A stretch of DNA of 64,000 nt, taken from positions 2,706 through 66,705 of IMG/VR virus record IMGVR_UViG_3300045933_000229. One strand, 5' to 3'. Positions 16,624 to 25,900 of the stretch are shown here, piece after piece. The notes below the pieces were generated by a model, which had not been told where the DNA came from, ran no database searches, and was given only the letters and a program-made list of their open reading frames with translations. The stretch comes from a virus. Made by a program: the position numbers and the translations under genes. Every line of letters begins with the position of its first letter. Position 1 is the first letter of the stretch.

Positions 16624-17205
16624 ATGTCGGGGACACCGCTTCGGCGCCGGGACTACGCCCGGCTCGATCAGGTGGGGATCGACGTCATCGAGGCAGCCTT
16701 GTCCAAGGCTGGCGCCTCGACGCAGGCCATCGCTGATCGCTACAGCGTCTCCGAGTTCAACCTGAGGATGTGGCGGCGGTTCCGCCGCACCGAGCTCTTC
16801 CTCCACGAGTACGGCCCCGAGGATCTGCTCGACGACATCGCCAACGGCGACACCGTCGCCTCGATCGCGAGGAAGCACGACATCTCGCACGGCCTGCTCG
16901 CCAAGTGGGCCGCCGTGCACGTCAACGCCGAGGATCTCGCGGTCGCGCGCGACAACGCCGCCGACGCGCAGTTCGATGCGAGCAAGGTGGAGCTCGACGG
17001 CGCCGCCGACGACGTCGCGGTCCGCCGCGCAGTCGAGAAGCACAAGATCGACCGCTTCGTCGCCGAGCGCACGACCCGGAGATTCACCGACGAGAAGCAG
17101 CTGCGCGTCACCGGCACCGAGGGCGTCGAGTTCCATATCAGCTACAAGATGAAGGACCGCCCGAAGGAGGAGTCGAACCCGCCCGAGGAGCGCGAGCCGG
17201 CGTGA
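16624..17205 (+). CDS. putative terminase small subunit
   Basis: two HTH-like segments; position upstream of TerL. Confidence 0.6.
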   Translation: MSGTPLRRRDYARLDQVGIDVIEAALSKAGASTQAIADRYSVSEFNLRMWRRFRRTELFLHEYGPEDLLDDIANGDTVASIARKHDISHGLLAKWAAVHVNAEDLAVARDNAADAQFDASKVELDGAADDVAVRRAVEKHKIDRFVAERTTRRFTDEKQLRVTGTEGVEFHISYKMKDRPKEESNPPEEREPA

Positions 17206-17525
17206 GCGAGCTCATCCTCCTCGACGAAGCGCGCCGCCAGAAGGCCGAGGCCGACTCACCGGAAGTCCCGCACATTCAAGGCCCGGCGATCTGCCTCGCC
17301 TGCAAGCACGAGTGGCAGGCGGTGATCGACGCGCGCGCCGACCCCTCGAAGATGGAATGCCCGTCGTGCACCGCGATGCGCGGGGTGTTCGCCACCCACG
17401 TCGAGCAGGCCGGTGACCACTGGACCTGCAACTGCGGGAATCATCTTTTCGGCATCACCAGGCAGGGCACCTACTGCTGCTGCTGCGGCAGCTGGCAGCA
17501 GTTCAACTTCAAGGGCGGGGCGTGA
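17202..17525 (+). CDS. zinc-ribbon protein
   Basis: GTGA-coupled; CLAC, CPSC, CNC, CCCC. Confidence 0.6.
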   Translation: MSELILLDEARRQKAEADSPEVPHIQGPAICLACKHEWQAVIDARADPSKMECPSCTAMRGVFATHVEQAGDHWTCNCGNHLFGITRQGTYCCCCGSWQQFNFKGGA

Positions 17526-18994
17526 ACGCGCCCGCGCCGGTGGCAGCGACCCAGCGACCCAAGCCGCGCGTCGCCTACGAGCCGCCCGACCTCACGATCG
17601 AGGCGTTCCACGACGACGACTCGCCGGTGCGCGGGGTGATGGGGCCGCGCGGCTCGGGCAAGTCCGGCGCCTCGATCATGGAGGCGATCCAGGGCGCCTT
17701 CGCGCAGAACGTCAACGCGCGCGGCTACCGGCGATCGAAGTTCCTCGTGCTGCGCGACACCTACCGCCAGCTGGAGACGACGACGATCCCGTCGTTCAAG
17801 AAGTGGCTCGGAAGCGCGAGCCGGTTCACCGGCCAGTACCCGATCCGCGGCTTCACCAAGCTGCCCGGCGCCGACGGCTCGCGCGTGGAGATGGAGACGA
17901 TCTTCCTCGCGATGGACGGCGAGAACGTGATCGAGAACCTGCAGTCGTTCGAGGCCAGCTTCGCGTGGATCAACGAGGCGCGCGGCATCGAGCGGCCCGA
18001 CGTCGTGGCGATGGTGAAGTCATCCTGCGGGCGGTTCCCGTCGAAGGACGAGGAGGGCTGCGTCTCGCGCTTCGTGGTGATGGACACCAACCCGCCCGAC
18101 GAATATCACTGGTGGTACAAGGCCGACATGGTCGATCCGGTGGAGGGCTGGCGCTTCTTCAAGCAGGCCAGCCCGCTCCTCTACGACGGCCCGCCCGGGA
18201 TGTTCCTCCCCGACAAGCGCCTCTACCGGCCGAACCCGGCGGCGACCTACGCGCGCATCCAGAACGCGGGCTACGACTACTGGCTCGACATGATCCCCGG
18301 CTCGTCGGACGCGTTCATCCGCACGATGGTCATGGGCCTGTACGGCACGCTCGTCACCGGCAAGCCCGTCTACGAGGGCTACTGGCACGAGGACATGGTT
18401 TCGCCGGAGCCGCTCAGGATCCACGACGCGCTCACGATCTGCGTCGGCATCGACACCTCCGGCCTCCACCCGGGCGCGGTCTTCGGCCAGATCGCCGGCG
18501 GACGCGTCAACGTGCTGCGGGAGCTCCATGCGAAGGACACCCCGTTCGACGAATTCATCGAGGCCGCCCTGGCGCCGTTCGTGGCGCAGCACTTCCCGCG
18601 TAACCCGATCATCTGCATCCTCGATCCGTCGAATCCGCGTCTGGGCGCTGGCGGGAAGACGGCGCTACAGCTTCTCCAGCGCCGCGGCTTCGAGGCCACC
18701 CTTGCGACTTCCAACCGTTTTAACCTGCGCATGGGGGCTGTTGTCTATCTCCTCCAGCGACGCGGTGCGATGTCCATCGACCCGTCCTGCAAGATGGTCA
18801 TCGAGGGCTTCCGCGGGAAGTACCACTACAAGAAGATCGAGTCGAGCGGCCTGATGGTCGCGCACCGCGCGATGCCGGAGAAGAACGACTTCGCCGACAT
18901 CCATGACGGCCTGCAATACCTGGCGCTGCACTACCAGCAGGGCCGTCTCGCCACGCCCACCCCGATGCCGCGCGCGAAGACACTCTGGGCATGA
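17522..18994 (+). CDS. terL: terminase large subunit
   Basis: Walker A GPRGSGKS, Walker B WINEA, DTNPP, nuclease GIDT..DPS..HDGLQY. Confidence 0.92.
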   Translation: MNAPAPVAATQRPKPRVAYEPPDLTIEAFHDDDSPVRGVMGPRGSGKSGASIMEAIQGAFAQNVNARGYRRSKFLVLRDTYRQLETTTIPSFKKWLGSASRFTGQYPIRGFTKLPGADGSRVEMETIFLAMDGENVIENLQSFEASFAWINEARGIERPDVVAMVKSSCGRFPSKDEEGCVSRFVVMDTNPPDEYHWWYKADMVDPVEGWRFFKQASPLLYDGPPGMFLPDKRLYRPNPAATYARIQNAGYDYWLDMIPGSSDAFIRTMVMGLYGTLVTGKPVYEGYWHEDMVSPEPLRIHDALTICVGIDTSGLHPGAVFGQIAGGRVNVLRELHAKDTPFDEFIEAALAPFVAQHFPRNPIICILDPSNPRLGAGGKTALQLLQRRGFEATLATSNRFNLRMGAVVYLLQRRGAMSIDPSCKMVIEGFRGKYHYKKIESSGLMVAHRAMPEKNDFADIHDGLQYLALHYQQGRLATPTPMPRAKTLWA

Positions 18995-21054
18995 GCCGCT
19001 CCTACCCATCGGGCGAAGCCCTCGCGATCAAGTCCGACGAGAAGACGATCTTCTCGTCCTCCTCGCGCGCGACCGACACCTCGCGCTACGACCCGCTCGC
19101 CGACATGGTGGTGCGCCGCTGGTGGGACGCGACGCAGTGGATGCGCTCCGACGTGATCGCCGGGTACTCGATCGAGGAGACGCTGTTCATGTGCGACCGG
19201 CAGCGCCGCGGCGTCTACGACCCGCAGGACGCGCCGCTCCTCGGCGGGATCGACATCTTCATCCCGCTCACCGACATGAAGTGCATGGCCGCCGAGGCGT
19301 GGCTGCGCGATATGCTGGGCAACGTGGTCGAGATGCCGTGGATCGTCGAGCCGACGCCGATCCCCGACCTCCCCTCGCGCATGAAGCAGAAGATCCTGCG
19401 CGATCTGAAAATGGAAATCGTCAACGCGTCCACGCAGGGCAACGCGCTCGCCGCGGCGCAGGCGTTCGGCGCGATGCCCGGTCAGGCGCAGGACGTGCTG
19501 TTCGGCGAGATGATCGCCCGCTTCCCGGGCGACCTGGAAAAGACCGCGCGCGAGTTGAAGGAGGCGCAGCGCAAACTCGCCTACTCGGAGGCGGCGAAGG
19601 CGGCCAAGGGCATGGAGCGTCTGATGCGCGACGAGTGCGTCGAGATGGACTTCCTGCAGACGATGTACCAGCTGTTCTACGACCTCGTCACCTTCCCGGC
19701 CGCGATCGTCAAGGGTCCGATCCTCACCAACAAGCCGCGCATCTACTGGAAGGGCAACTCGCGCGTGGTCGAGAAGCGCGACCGCCTGAACGCCTACCGC
19801 GTCGCGCCGTTCGACTTCAAGCCCTCGCCGGACTCCTCGAACACCCAGAACGGCACCTACGTCATCGAGAAGCAGCGCATGACCCGGCGCTCGCTCACGT
19901 GGGCGCTCGGCCAGAAATACTGGATCGACTCGCAGGTGAAGGCGCTGCTGCACGAGTACCAGACGCGCAACCGCAACTGGCTGATCGACGACCTGAACGG
20001 CAACCCCGAGGTGCAGGCGAACGTCCAGCTGTGGCGCGAGGACGAGACGATCGAGGCGATCGAGCATCACGGCATCTGCTCGGGGCGCGAGCTCCGCCCG
20101 TACGGGATCTCGGCCGACGACGATACCTACTACGAGACGAAGGTGGTGGTGTCGGGCTACCGCACGCTCATGTGCAAGGTGATGGAGGAGCCGTACGTCA
20201 GCCAGCGCCCGTTCCACAACGCCTCCTACGAGCGCCACGGCGAGCGGTTCTGGAACACCTGCCCGGTCATCAAGCTGCGCGACGTGCAGCGCTCGTTGAA
20301 CGCCGCCACCCGCGCGCAGATCCGCAACATGGCGTTCTCCTCGGGGCCGCAGGTCGAGATCGACGTGCAGCGCGTGAAGGGCTACGTCGCCAACCTCGAA
20401 GACCTGCTCGACATCAGCCCCTACCGCGCGCGCCTGGTGGACCCCGACATGGTGAACGGCGGGCGCCCGGCCTACACCTTCACCAACGTCCCGGAGATCA
20501 TCTCCAAGCTGATCCCGGTGCTGCAGTATTACTGGAAGGTCGCCGACGACGTCTCGAACATCCCGAACTACGCGCAGGGCGACACCGGGTTGAGCGGCGC
20601 CGGTCGCACCTTCCGCGGGTTCAGCGCGGTGTTCGCGCAGGCGCTCAAGGTCTTCAAGATGCCGGTGCAGAACCTCGACACCGGCATCTTCGTGCCGTTC
20701 GCGCAGGCGCTCTACGACTACAACATGACCTACAGCGAGGACGACTCGATCAAGGGCGACGCGAACGTGCGCGCGCTCGGGTCGAGCGGCATCGTCGAGC
20801 GCGAGCTCGCGCAGCAGCGCGCGCTGGAGTCGATGCAGGTCGTGTCCCAGATGTCCCCCGCGGTCGCCGAGATCGCACCCGACAAGGCGAGGAAGGTCTT
20901 GGAGTGGGTGTGGGCGAAGGCGCTGGAGGGGCTGGGCGTGCCGATCGAGCAGTTCGCGATCAACCCCGACGTACAGGCGACGATTACCGAGGAGATCGAC
21001 GCCGGGCCGCAGACTCCGATCCCAGCGATCGGGCAAACCCCTTCACCCGGCTAG
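18991..21054 (+). CDS. portal protein
   Basis: 687 aa directly after TerL; PTPIPDL and ADDVSNIPNYAQG..GAGRT motifs typical of podovirus portals. Confidence 0.85.
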   Translation: MSRSYPSGEALAIKSDEKTIFSSSSRATDTSRYDPLADMVVRRWWDATQWMRSDVIAGYSIEETLFMCDRQRRGVYDPQDAPLLGGIDIFIPLTDMKCMAAEAWLRDMLGNVVEMPWIVEPTPIPDLPSRMKQKILRDLKMEIVNASTQGNALAAAQAFGAMPGQAQDVLFGEMIARFPGDLEKTARELKEAQRKLAYSEAAKAAKGMERLMRDECVEMDFLQTMYQLFYDLVTFPAAIVKGPILTNKPRIYWKGNSRVVEKRDRLNAYRVAPFDFKPSPDSSNTQNGTYVIEKQRMTRRSLTWALGQKYWIDSQVKALLHEYQTRNRNWLIDDLNGNPEVQANVQLWREDETIEAIEHHGICSGRELRPYGISADDDTYYETKVVVSGYRTLMCKVMEEPYVSQRPFHNASYERHGERFWNTCPVIKLRDVQRSLNAATRAQIRNMAFSSGPQVEIDVQRVKGYVANLEDLLDISPYRARLVDPDMVNGGRPAYTFTNVPEIISKLIPVLQYYWKVADDVSNIPNYAQGDTGLSGAGRTFRGFSAVFAQALKVFKMPVQNLDTGIFVPFAQALYDYNMTYSEDDSIKGDANVRALGSSGIVERELAQQRALESMQVVSQMSPAVAEIAPDKARKVLEWVWAKALEGLGVPIEQFAINPDVQATITEEIDAGPQTPIPAIGQTPSPG

Positions 21055-21063
21055 GAGGCCCTC

Positions 21064-21369
21064 ATGGCGCTCGAACGAACCGACAAGTGCGGCAACCCCA
21101 ACCCCGACGTGTGCATCCCGCAGACGGTGCAGACGCCGATCTGCTACCTCACCCCGGCGCTCTACGCGCAGGGCGTGTGCTGCGGCCTGCCCGGCTTCAA
21201 GGAGGTGACGATCCTTGCCGACTGCTCCGCCGACTCGGTCGTCATCACCGACGCGAACCACGTGCCAGTGCCGGGCGCCTACGAGGTGCCCTGCGCCTCT
21301 ACGCTCGGCGGCGGCGACATCGCCTACTCCAGCTGCCCGCCGCCTCCGGCTGCGTCGTCCCCCAGCTGA
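21064..21369 (+). CDS. Cys-rich putative virion protein
   Basis: SD GGAGG; 8 Cys in 101 aa. Confidence 0.6.
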   Translation: MALERTDKCGNPNPDVCIPQTVQTPICYLTPALYAQGVCCGLPGFKEVTILADCSADSVVITDANHVPVPGAYEVPCASTLGGGDIAYSSCPPPPAASSPS

Positions 21370-21379
21370 GGAGCGCGCC

Positions 21380-21643
21380 ATGCTCGACGGATTCGCGGTC
21401 GAAGTCGGCGACAACGTGTGGGACATCCTGCTCGCGCGCTTCGGGACCGTCACGTTCGTTGACGGCTCCGGGATGTTCACCCTAGACTTCTCGGCGGGTA
21501 AGGTGCTGACCTACGCGAGTGGGGGCGGCATCGCGGGGGTCCGCCGGGCGTATTGGCGTAATCCGGTGCTGACGTTGCCGGAGAAGAACGACCAGCAGTG
21601 GTCGCTTCTCCAGGCGCTCGTCGGCGCCGTGAGGAACAGCTGA
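21380..21643 (+). CDS. hypothetical protein
   Basis: SD GAGGAG; MLDGFAVEVGDNVWD. Confidence 0.65.
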   Translation: MLDGFAVEVGDNVWDILLARFGTVTFVDGSGMFTLDFSAGKVLTYASGGGIAGVRRAYWRNPVLTLPEKNDQQWSLLQALVGAVRNS

Positions 21644-23265
21644 TGTCCCAGGACAACCTCTGCCTGCCCACCGACGGGGTCTTCACCAACGACCCCGCCC
21701 ACCCGCAAGGGCCGGGACCGTTCCTTTCCCCGATCTGCTACACGATCCCGCCCGCGGAGGACGTCCTCAACGCGTTCCTCTCGACGACGCTCAACCCGGA
21801 CGGCAGCGTCAACACCCAGACGATCGTCGATGGCACCAACACGCCGATCCCGGGCGCTGTAGCAGCGGACTGCCCGACCGCTTCGAGCGGCGGCGGCTCG
21901 ACCGGCCCGGCGCTCATCAGCATCCAGGACGAGGGCGTCCCGCTCGGCCAGTTCAGCTGCCTGAATTTCACCGGCGCCGGCGTCACCGCCTCGGTCGGCG
22001 GGTGCGGCGTCACCATCAACATCCCGGGCGGTGGCGGCGGCGGCTTCCCGCTCCTCGCCCCGGACGGCACCTGCGCGGCGCCGTCGTACTCGTTCACCTC
22101 CGACCCAGACTCCGGGCTGTTCCGCAACACCGCTGGCGGCGAGGTCACGCTCTCGTCGAACGCGTGCAACGACTTCGTGCGCGTGGGCGGTGTTACCTCC
22201 GGCGTCGTGCTGGAGTCGGCGACCGCGCTCGCGCTCAACTTCGCGGGCGAGCTCTCGATCAACGGTACGCCCGGCGCGGCCGGGGAGGTGCTGACCTCGA
22301 ACGGCCCCGGCGTTGCACCGACCTGGCAGGCCGCATCCGGCGGCTCGCCGGTGCTGTACGCCGAGAACCCGGTCGCCCACGTCGCGCCGTCGGCCTCCGG
22401 CAACAACTCGGTCGCCATCGGGTCTGGCGCGAACTCGGTCGGCAACGACGCGATGGTGTTCGGCACCGGGGCGATTGCCGCCTCGGGCGGCGGTGGCACC
22501 ACGCCGGGCATCGCCATCGGCCTGAACGCGCTCGCCGGCGGCCCAGAGGGCAACTCGATCGCCATCGGCACCAACGTACAGGTGTCCACCGGCGCCACGA
22601 TCGCCATCGGCCACACGATCAACATCAGCGCGGCCAACGCCGGGGTGAACGACGGCTCGATCGTGATCGGCCAAGGCGCCTCCGCGACGAGCAACGACAA
22701 CATCGTCATCGGCTTCTCGGCTTCGGCCCTGAACAACCAGGGGGTCGCGATCGGGGCGCTTTCCGGCGCCAGCGCGCTGCGCAGCGTCGCCATCGGCACC
22801 GCAGCGACCGCCGGCGCAGCCAATGCGATCTCGGTGGGATTCGGCGCATCGACCGGATCGGTGGATGCGATTGCCATCGGCAACGGCTCTGCGGGCAACG
22901 CGCTTCGCGCGATCGGTATTGGCCCGGGCGCTGTCGGCGCGGCGACCGACGCCATCGCGATCGGCACCGGCACGCTCTCGGTCAACGCGAACGCGGTGGC
23001 GATCGGCACCGGCGTCACCACCACGGCGACGCAGGTCGCGATCGGCACGAGCGACACCAACAAGTTCCTGCTGTCCTCGACCGGCGCACTCTCGGTTGTC
23101 GGCACGGCGGCGATGCTGATGGGGCCGATCTACACGGTAGGCACGCTGCCAGCGCAGGCTGCAGGCGGCATCATCTACGTGTCGAACGCGACGCCGGCGG
23201 CGGCGCTGTGCTTCTCGAACGGCACCAACTGGATTGATCTGCTCACCGGGGCGCCAGTCGTATGA
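21643..23265 (+). CDS. fibre protein with YadA-like head repeats
   Basis: about 14-aa (S/A)xAIG repeats (Hep_Hag-like); PLLAPDG.C..PSYSF module. Confidence 0.8.
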   Translation: MSQDNLCLPTDGVFTNDPAHPQGPGPFLSPICYTIPPAEDVLNAFLSTTLNPDGSVNTQTIVDGTNTPIPGAVAADCPTASSGGGSTGPALISIQDEGVPLGQFSCLNFTGAGVTASVGGCGVTINIPGGGGGGFPLLAPDGTCAAPSYSFTSDPDSGLFRNTAGGEVTLSSNACNDFVRVGGVTSGVVLESATALALNFAGELSINGTPGAAGEVLTSNGPGVAPTWQAASGGSPVLYAENPVAHVAPSASGNNSVAIGSGANSVGNDAMVFGTGAIAASGGGGTTPGIAIGLNALAGGPEGNSIAIGTNVQVSTGATIAIGHTINISAANAGVNDGSIVIGQGASATSNDNIVIGFSASALNNQGVAIGALSGASALRSVAIGTAATAGAANAISVGFGASTGSVDAIAIGNGSAGNALRAIGIGPGAVGAATDAIAIGTGTLSVNANAVAIGTGVTTTATQVAIGTSDTNKFLLSSTGALSVVGTAAMLMGPIYTVGTLPAQAAGGIIYVSNATPAAALCFSNGTNWIDLLTGAPVV

Positions 23266-25880
23266 ACATCATCCTGTTCGACGCGCAATCCACCTCCCCG
23301 GTATCGCAGATCATCGCCGTCGCGCCGGGCGACTGCGTCCTCATCAACGCGTGGGGCCTCGGTGCGGGCGAGGTGGCGCAGGTCTACCGCGCGCTGGTCG
23401 CGCTCGGCAACCTCCCGCAGCAGCAGTCGGGCAGCTGCCTGCCGCCGCCGCAGGTCACCCCGGCGACGATCCAGACCGAGGCGCCGTTCTTCCCGTGCAA
23501 CGTGCCGGTGCAGGTTGGCGAGGACGACGACATCTCGATGACGAGCGTCGTCATCCAGCAGCCCGGCTTCTACCGCGTCCACCTGACGCCAGCCGCGCTC
23601 GGCAACGCCACGGTGGAGGCGGTCGTCCTCACCGGCCGCGAGGCGTGCAAGCAGGCCGCCGACCAGTGCTGCTGCCTGCCCGAGACGTTCTGGAGCGGCA
23701 CGAGCCTGTCGGCCTGCCTCACCATCACCCCCGGCGGCACCGCGGGCCACAGCCCGACCTTCGACATCGACGGCTGCTGCCTGCTGCACCAGTTCCCGGC
23801 GCTGCCGGCGCCGGTCCTCACCGACGAGCTCGTCGTGCTGTCGGGCGGCCAGTGCTTCCGCTCGACCATCGCGCAGGTGTTCGACCCGGCGGTGATCTGC
23901 ACCGCGCTCGGGAACTACCTCCTGCAGCTGCCCGCGCCCGGAGACACCATCGTCGTGGTCGATGCGGGTGCCGGGTGCGTGCGGCGCGACGCCGAGACGC
24001 TGGTCGAGTTCTTCGAGACGCCGTGGACCGGCATCAGCGTCACCGCGGCGCTGACGATCACCCCGGGTGGGATCAATGGGCACGGCCCCACGTTCGCCTA
24101 CGACCTGTGCGCGGACCTGCAGGCCATCGCGGCCTGCGCGTGCGAGCCGGACCCCGGCGACCTCGTGCCGATCGTGCAGGGCGGCTCGTGCGTGCTGGCG
24201 ACCTGGCCGACGATCGACGTCTGCGACCAGATGGGGGCGCTCCCGGTGGGCGCGCTCGTCGCTGGCGACACGGTCATGCTGCGCGACGTCGGCGGCAACT
24301 GCAAGCAGGTCGATGCAACGGCGCTCGCCATCCCGTTCGACGGCGGCGTCATCACCACCCCGATCCTCGCTGCCGACGGCGCCTGCGCGACGCCCTCGTA
24401 CTCGTTCACGTCGGCGCCCGACTCGGGGATGTTCTTCGACCCGGCCTCTCCCGTCACCTGCAACGGCGATACCGCGGTCGTCATCGGCTGGCAGAACTGC
24501 ACCTCGCGGGTCGATGTCTCCGACTCGATCCGGCTCACAGCCGCGAACACCGACTTCTTCGAGGTCGGCTGCTCGATCCAGGGCACGTCGGCCACCGGCC
24601 CCGTTCAATTCGAGGCGACGACCGGCTCGATGTCGCTGAACGCCGGGACATCGCTCACGGCGAACGCCGGAACGCTGCTGAATCTCAACGCCGGCGATCT
24701 CGCGAGCCTCGTCGGCGGCACCGGCGTCTCGATCATCTCCCTCGTCAACGACATCCACCTCAACGCGGACACCGGCAACATCATTCTGCAGTCGAACTCG
24801 GGCATCTTCACCGTGTCCGGGGCGGTTGGTGCACCGCAGATCGTCGGCCCGGACGGGTCGTGCGCGAATCCGACGTACTCGTTCAACAGCGACGGCACGA
24901 CGGGGATGTTCTTCGACCCGCTCACGCCCGCGCTCATGCTCGGGCACGACACCTGCGACTCGTTCATCCGCATCGGCGACATCATCCGCATCGAGGCGGC
25001 GAACGGCGACTTCGTCGAGTACGGCGCGTCCATGCTCACGCAGATCGCCGGCGGCACGCGCATCCAGCTTTCTCAGGCCGCGCCGATCGTCGGCCGCGGC
25101 GTCTCGAACCTGTTCAGCCTGTTCGCCGCCGGTGACACGCAGGCCGCGCTCATCATCGGCGGCAACGCAACTGCCATCGCCGCCGCCGGGGAGGGCTGGC
25201 TGCGCGGTGGCGACTCGAACTTCGCCGGGCAGAACGGCGCCTCGGTCGTCATGGACGGCGGCGACGCGAACGCTGCCGGCGCGGTCGCGGGCGATGCGAT
25301 CATCGCGGCCGGTCGCGGCACGCTCGGCGGCACGCCGGGCAACATCCTCCTGCGCACCAACGCGCTGACCCGGTTCAGCGTGAACGCCGCCGGTGCGCTC
25401 GGCATCGGCGACCCGGCCGTATTCGGCGCGGCCGGTCAGGTCATTACCTCGGCTGGCGCAGGCGCCCCGCCAGCGTGGGCGACCCCGACCGTGCCGGTAG
25501 GCTCGACGTTCAACTGGGGCGCGAACAACATCAACAGCGCCGCCGACACGCGCGTCATGACGCCGGGCTTCCTCGACGGCCTGGTCAACACGAACACCCC
25601 GCGCGGGTTCGTCGCGCCTCGCGCCGGTATGCTGCGCAACCTGTTCGCGCGCCACAACATCGCTGCCGGGAACGGCAACGCGGTCACCTACACGATCCGC
25701 CTGAACGGCGTGGCGACCGCGCTGACCGTGAACCTCGCCACCGCGGCGATCGGCAGCGCCGGGAACACGGTGAACACGGTGGCGGTGGCGCAGGGCGACC
25801 TCATCGAGCTCCTGACGATCAAGGCGGTGGCGATCGGGTCTGGGGTGCTGGACGCGATGGTCACCTGCCAGTTCAACTGA
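23262..25880 (+). CDS. Cys-rich fibre/spike protein
   Basis: N-domain ILFDAQST shared with 28686 and 31549; two PSYSF modules; Gly-rich beta region. Confidence 0.75.
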   Translation: MNIILFDAQSTSPVSQIIAVAPGDCVLINAWGLGAGEVAQVYRALVALGNLPQQQSGSCLPPPQVTPATIQTEAPFFPCNVPVQVGEDDDISMTSVVIQQPGFYRVHLTPAALGNATVEAVVLTGREACKQAADQCCCLPETFWSGTSLSACLTITPGGTAGHSPTFDIDGCCLLHQFPALPAPVLTDELVVLSGGQCFRSTIAQVFDPAVICTALGNYLLQLPAPGDTIVVVDAGAGCVRRDAETLVEFFETPWTGISVTAALTITPGGINGHGPTFAYDLCADLQAIAACACEPDPGDLVPIVQGGSCVLATWPTIDVCDQMGALPVGALVAGDTVMLRDVGGNCKQVDATALAIPFDGGVITTPILAADGACATPSYSFTSAPDSGMFFDPASPVTCNGDTAVVIGWQNCTSRVDVSDSIRLTAANTDFFEVGCSIQGTSATGPVQFEATTGSMSLNAGTSLTANAGTLLNLNAGDLASLVGGTGVSIISLVNDIHLNADTGNIILQSNSGIFTVSGAVGAPQIVGPDGSCANPTYSFNSDGTTGMFFDPLTPALMLGHDTCDSFIRIGDIIRIEAANGDFVEYGASMLTQIAGGTRIQLSQAAPIVGRGVSNLFSLFAAGDTQAALIIGGNATAIAAAGEGWLRGGDSNFAGQNGASVVMDGGDANAAGAVAGDAIIAAGRGTLGGTPGNILLRTNALTRFSVNAAGALGIGDPAVFGAAGQVITSAGAGAPPAWATPTVPVGSTFNWGANNINSAADTRVMTPGFLDGLVNTNTPRGFVAPRAGMLRNLFARHNIAAGNGNAVTYTIRLNGVATALTVNLATAAIGSAGNTVNTVAVAQGDLIELLTIKAVAIGSGVLDAMVTCQFN

Positions 25881-25900
25881 CGTGACGGGATCCTGACACC